Origin: the human T2T-CHM13v2.0 reference genome, Homo sapiens
Assembly: GCF_009914755.1 (NCBI RefSeq)
Contig: NC_060946.1
Reading direction: 5' to 3' (one strand)
DNA length: 64,000 bases
A program made the position numbers and the translations under genes. The notes under the pieces are model-generated. The model was not told where the DNA came from. It was given only the letters and a program-made list of their open reading frames with translations, and searched no databases. Shown here piece after piece: positions 60,551 to 64,000 of this stretch. Positions within the stretch are counted from its first letter, which is position 1, and the number at the start of each line of letters is the position of its first letter.

Positions 60551-61078
60551 AGAAACATTTCCTTAACCATCTCTGTTCCTTTTTATACCCAACTCTTTCT
60601 GTGAATTATGTGACCTCAAGGACAAATGACACAAGTGTTTACCGCTCAGTGTCAGTAATCTGTTCTTGGAAATTATAAATTCTGTAGGAAAACAATAGAG
60701 TATTTTACATATTTAAAAAGGGAAGATTAGACAGTGTCTCACTTCTATTCCAACCAGTATCTTAAAACTTAAGTAAAATACAGTACAATGCTCACTTGTA
60801 AGAGATCCTTTTTTTGCATTTTTTTAAAGTCAACAGACATTTTTATGATGTAAAGAACCTTAAAACACAGTTTACTAATATGCAAAGAGTTGCTTTTTAT
60901 GATTCACATGGTATCTTAGCACTAGCAGTCTCACTGATTTCCATCAAGTTGGCATTTATTGTGATTTACAAAACTTCTACATGAGGTTGTGACGTTCTAG
61001 TGATTGTATTTGACAAGTAACTTCACATTATCTCCTTCACATGATTTTCTTAAAAACATTAAGTTCTGGTGGCTTAGG

Positions 61079-61450
61079 TGTATCAGTTACTGTTTTCTGT
61101 GTAAAGAACCAACGAAACTCAATGGCTTAAAAAGAAGTTCTGTTGATTCACATTTTGGTGTGTGTTCACCTGGGCATTTCCTTTGCTAATGTTGTCTGGA
61201 TCACAAATGAGGCTTTGGTCATCTGGTGCCTTCACTCGCATGTCTGGTGGTTCATGCTGACACTTGTTCAAGAAGGCAAGCACCAGTGGGCAAGTACTTT
61301 TCCAACCTACATTTTCATCATATTTTCTATGTCCCATTGGCCAAAGCAAGTCAAATGACAGAGCCCCATTTGTTATCAGAGCACACTCTATGAGGTCTTA
61401 GATACAGGGAGACTTGTCACTAGGAAACATTACTAAAACAGTATATCCCA
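61079..61450 (-). mobile_element. Old MLT1 MaLR LTR
   Basis: TGTATCAGTTACTG..AACTCAATGGCTTAAAA..CCATTGGCCAAAGCAAGTCA. Confidence 0.75.
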
Positions 61451-61511
61451 AGAAATATACAATATGTACATTTTTCCCCCTATATAATTGTAGGCAAAAA
61501 ATGTTGGGTTG

Positions 61512-61582
61512 CAAGATACATCCTTTCAATGATGCTTAGGTATATAAAAGATGCATCCTTTCAATGATGCATAGGTATAAAA
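61512..61582. repeat. ~35-bp tandem duplication
   Basis: AAGAT(A/G)CATCCTTTCAATGATGC(T/A)TAGGTATA twice. Confidence 0.88.
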
Positions 61583-62019
61583 GCAAGATGTGTTCTAGTG
61601 GAAACACCTATATGGAATCATGTAGAATCTCCATATTAGTAGTGAAATAGTTAATGCAGCTGAATTATATTTCTATAATATTAATTTCATTGAAGACTAA
61701 ATGTATATTTCTTTGTTTTAAATTATTACATTGTTTTTTGGATAAATTAATTGTCCCTAAATCAGTAGGTAATACATGCTTTCATTAATCCCAAAATAAA
61801 TTGTATGTATCTCTACTAGTTAATATACTTGTGGGTACATCTTCAGTGGGATATTTGTTGTCCCTTATTGAGGCATGAATGACTATTCTGTCACAGGGAG
61901 GTTTTTTTGTTGTTTTAGTCTTTTCCAGCTATTGTGTAGAACATTTTGGGCAGGAGAATCTAGGACCAAGCCACATCAGTTCTCTCCTTAACCCACTCCA
62001 TTCGACTGTTATCACAGCT

Positions 62020-62076
62020 ATGCTTCCAGAGTGCTCTGTGCATTTTCACGATCAGCAAACAATGAATAAATCTCTG
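62020..62076 (+). CDS. Start-codon exon of a second ZNF717-like KRAB-ZNF unit (partial; coding status unknown)
   Basis: ttatcacag|CT ATG..MLPECSVHFHDQQTMNKSL|gtgagt, phase 0, parallels the ZNF717 N-terminus ending NKSL; alternative acceptor ttttccag at 61928. Confidence 0.72.
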
Positions 62077-62847
62077 GTGAGTCATTTGTTTATATATTCC
62101 TCACTTTGTTTTACATTGTATTTTTTGCCTTTATGGAGTCCATGGATTAAAATGAAAAGATAGAAATAAGTAAAATTCAGGTTAAAGGAAATACACATTA
62201 ATAAAATAATGCTGGCATGTAGACATATGCAGGTTATAAGCTATAGAACTTGAGTACAAATGTGTCTCTGGTCTTTCCGATGCTGCAACAAAGAGGCAGT
62301 CACATTTGTTACATGATTGGAATGGAACCTGGAAAGAGTGTATGTTCCATTCTCATGGGACAGGAAGACTTGCTGTCACCAAAGTCTGGAACACTGACTG
62401 CATTGGTCACAGAGATGATGTAGTGAAAAGGTTTTTTTACTGCCAACCTGGAAGTAAACACTTTTAGCATTTTGCAGTATAAATAGTCACTTAGTGCTAA
62501 AGCATAACTCCTGTAATGAGGTTTTTCTGGTTGCTGAAACAGTGTGGTCCCAGACAGATTTTGGAAGGCCCTACTTGATTCATGGCTAAATCCTAGAACA
62601 TCTGGAGGATTGAGTTGACCACAGGTCCTTAACTAACCCCCCATACATTTCTGTCAATTCATCTGTACATGGAGAATTTGTAGCAGATTGTTCACAATTG
62701 TATTCTCTGACAAATATTTCCACTGCTCACTTGCACTTTCATTCAATGTAGTCTTAATTGGTTTATTCTAATGCTACCCATTAACCCAAATTATATGCAA
62801 CTCCAATGGCTATACGCTAGTCTGCCTTACTTGAATCTTGTGCCGTA

Positions 62848-63213
62848 CAGTAATCCCCTTTATCCACAGTTTTGCTTTCTGTTGTTTCAGTTCCCTGTAG
62901 TCAACTGCAGACAGAAAAGACAATAAGATATTTTGAATATCTTGAATATTTTGATATTTTGAATATGTTGAATACAGTAGAAGAAGATATTTTGAGACAC
63001 CACATTCCTATAACTTTTAGTATAGTATGTTGACCTAATTGTTCCATTTTATTGTCGGTAATATCATACTGTGCCTAATTTATAAATTAAACTGTCAAGG
63101 GTGTGTATATATAGGAAAAAACATAGTGTATATAGGGTTTGGTACTATACACAGTTTCAGGGACCCACTAGGGGACCTGGAATGTATCCCTCATGGATAA
63201 GGGGGGATTCCTG
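62848..63213 (+). mobile_element. MER44/Tigger7-type MITE
   Basis: TIRs CAGTAATCCCCTTTATCCA...TGGATAAGGGGGGATTCCTG preceded by TA. Confidence 0.85.
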
Positions 63214-63477
63214 CATTTCAAATTATTGTTCATGATCTTCTCCTGGAAATTCTTCTGTGTTAGTTTCTATCATGACCTCACTGACGCTGCTTGTCTTTTT
63301 TTCCTGAATTCTTCTACTTCTCCTTTACATAGCTTATCCAGTTGTTTCATCCAATTCCCCATCCATCCCAATGTGCAGTTCTTTTTTTGTTGTTGGTTGT
63401 TTGTTTATTACCAGTTCTGCTGTCTGTGTTGTAGCAGTTGTGTTTCTCTCCAGCTTGGACTTCTCCGGCCTTTAGAC

Positions 63478-63800
63478 CAGGGATCCCAAACCCCCAGGCC
63501 ATGGACTGCTCCAATGTGTGTCCTGTGAGGAACTGCGCTGCACAGCAGGAGATGAGTAGCAGGCAAGCAAGAATTACTGCCTGCACTCTGCCTCCTGTCA
63601 GATGAATGACAGCATTAAATTCTCACAGGAGCATGAACCCTATTGTGAAATATGCATGTGAGGGATCTAGGTTACCTGCTCCTTATGAGAATCTAATGTC
63701 TGATGAACAATTTCATCCCAAAACCATCCCCCCTCACACCCTGGTATATGGAAAAATTGTCTTTCACAAAACCTGGTGCCAAAAAGTTTGGGGATCACTG
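63478..63800 (+). mobile_element. MER1B (hAT-Charlie MITE)
   Basis: CAGGGATCCCAAACCCC...TTTGGGGATCACTG; 8-bp TSD CTTTAGAC/CTCTAGAC. Confidence 0.9.
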
Positions 63801-64000
63801 CTCTAGACCACAGGTTCAGCTCTCCATTGAATGATTCTTTGTAGCTATCCGAAAGGCACCTCAAGCTTAAATCCAAAATAAAATTATATCCTTCTCTTTT
63901 CCTTTACATACAGTATTAGATTAGACAGTAATTAGCTTCTACATCTCAATAAGAGGAATAGTAAGAATCTTTATCAGTCTTTAATAAACCACAGTTTTCC

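Noticed and set aside
61512-61582. Possible C/D snoRNA (ATGATG motifs)
   Set aside because: Explained by a 35-bp tandem duplication; no canonical C box paired with a CTGA D box and terminal stem.

Overview
Primate, most likely human, repeat-rich genomic DNA that looks like a pericentromeric segmental duplication. From left to right it holds: an L1PA 3' end; an older L1MA end; a ~1.4 kb CER (48-bp) satellite block; a disabled ZNF717-like KRAB-C2H2 gene (KRAB-A, KRAB-B and zinc-finger exons, + strand); an old internal duplicate of that gene's intron; and ~40 kb of nested Alu, L1, DNA-transposon and LTR/ERV sequence. The ERV sequence includes a deleted, G-to-A hypermutated ERV3-related provirus. 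The window ends with a CpG-rich ZNF143/YY1 promoter and the ATG exon of a second ZNF717-like unit. I find no intact protein-coding gene and no evidence of a new biological system. The most unusual signals are three short locally templated insertions (one fused to TTAGGG repeats), the APOBEC3G-type editing of the provirus, an exact 144-bp higher-order step in the satellite, and an Alu-derived minisatellite. Repeat subfamily names come from recalled consensus sequences and need RepeatMasker/Dfam confirmation. Boundaries of old repeats are approximate.
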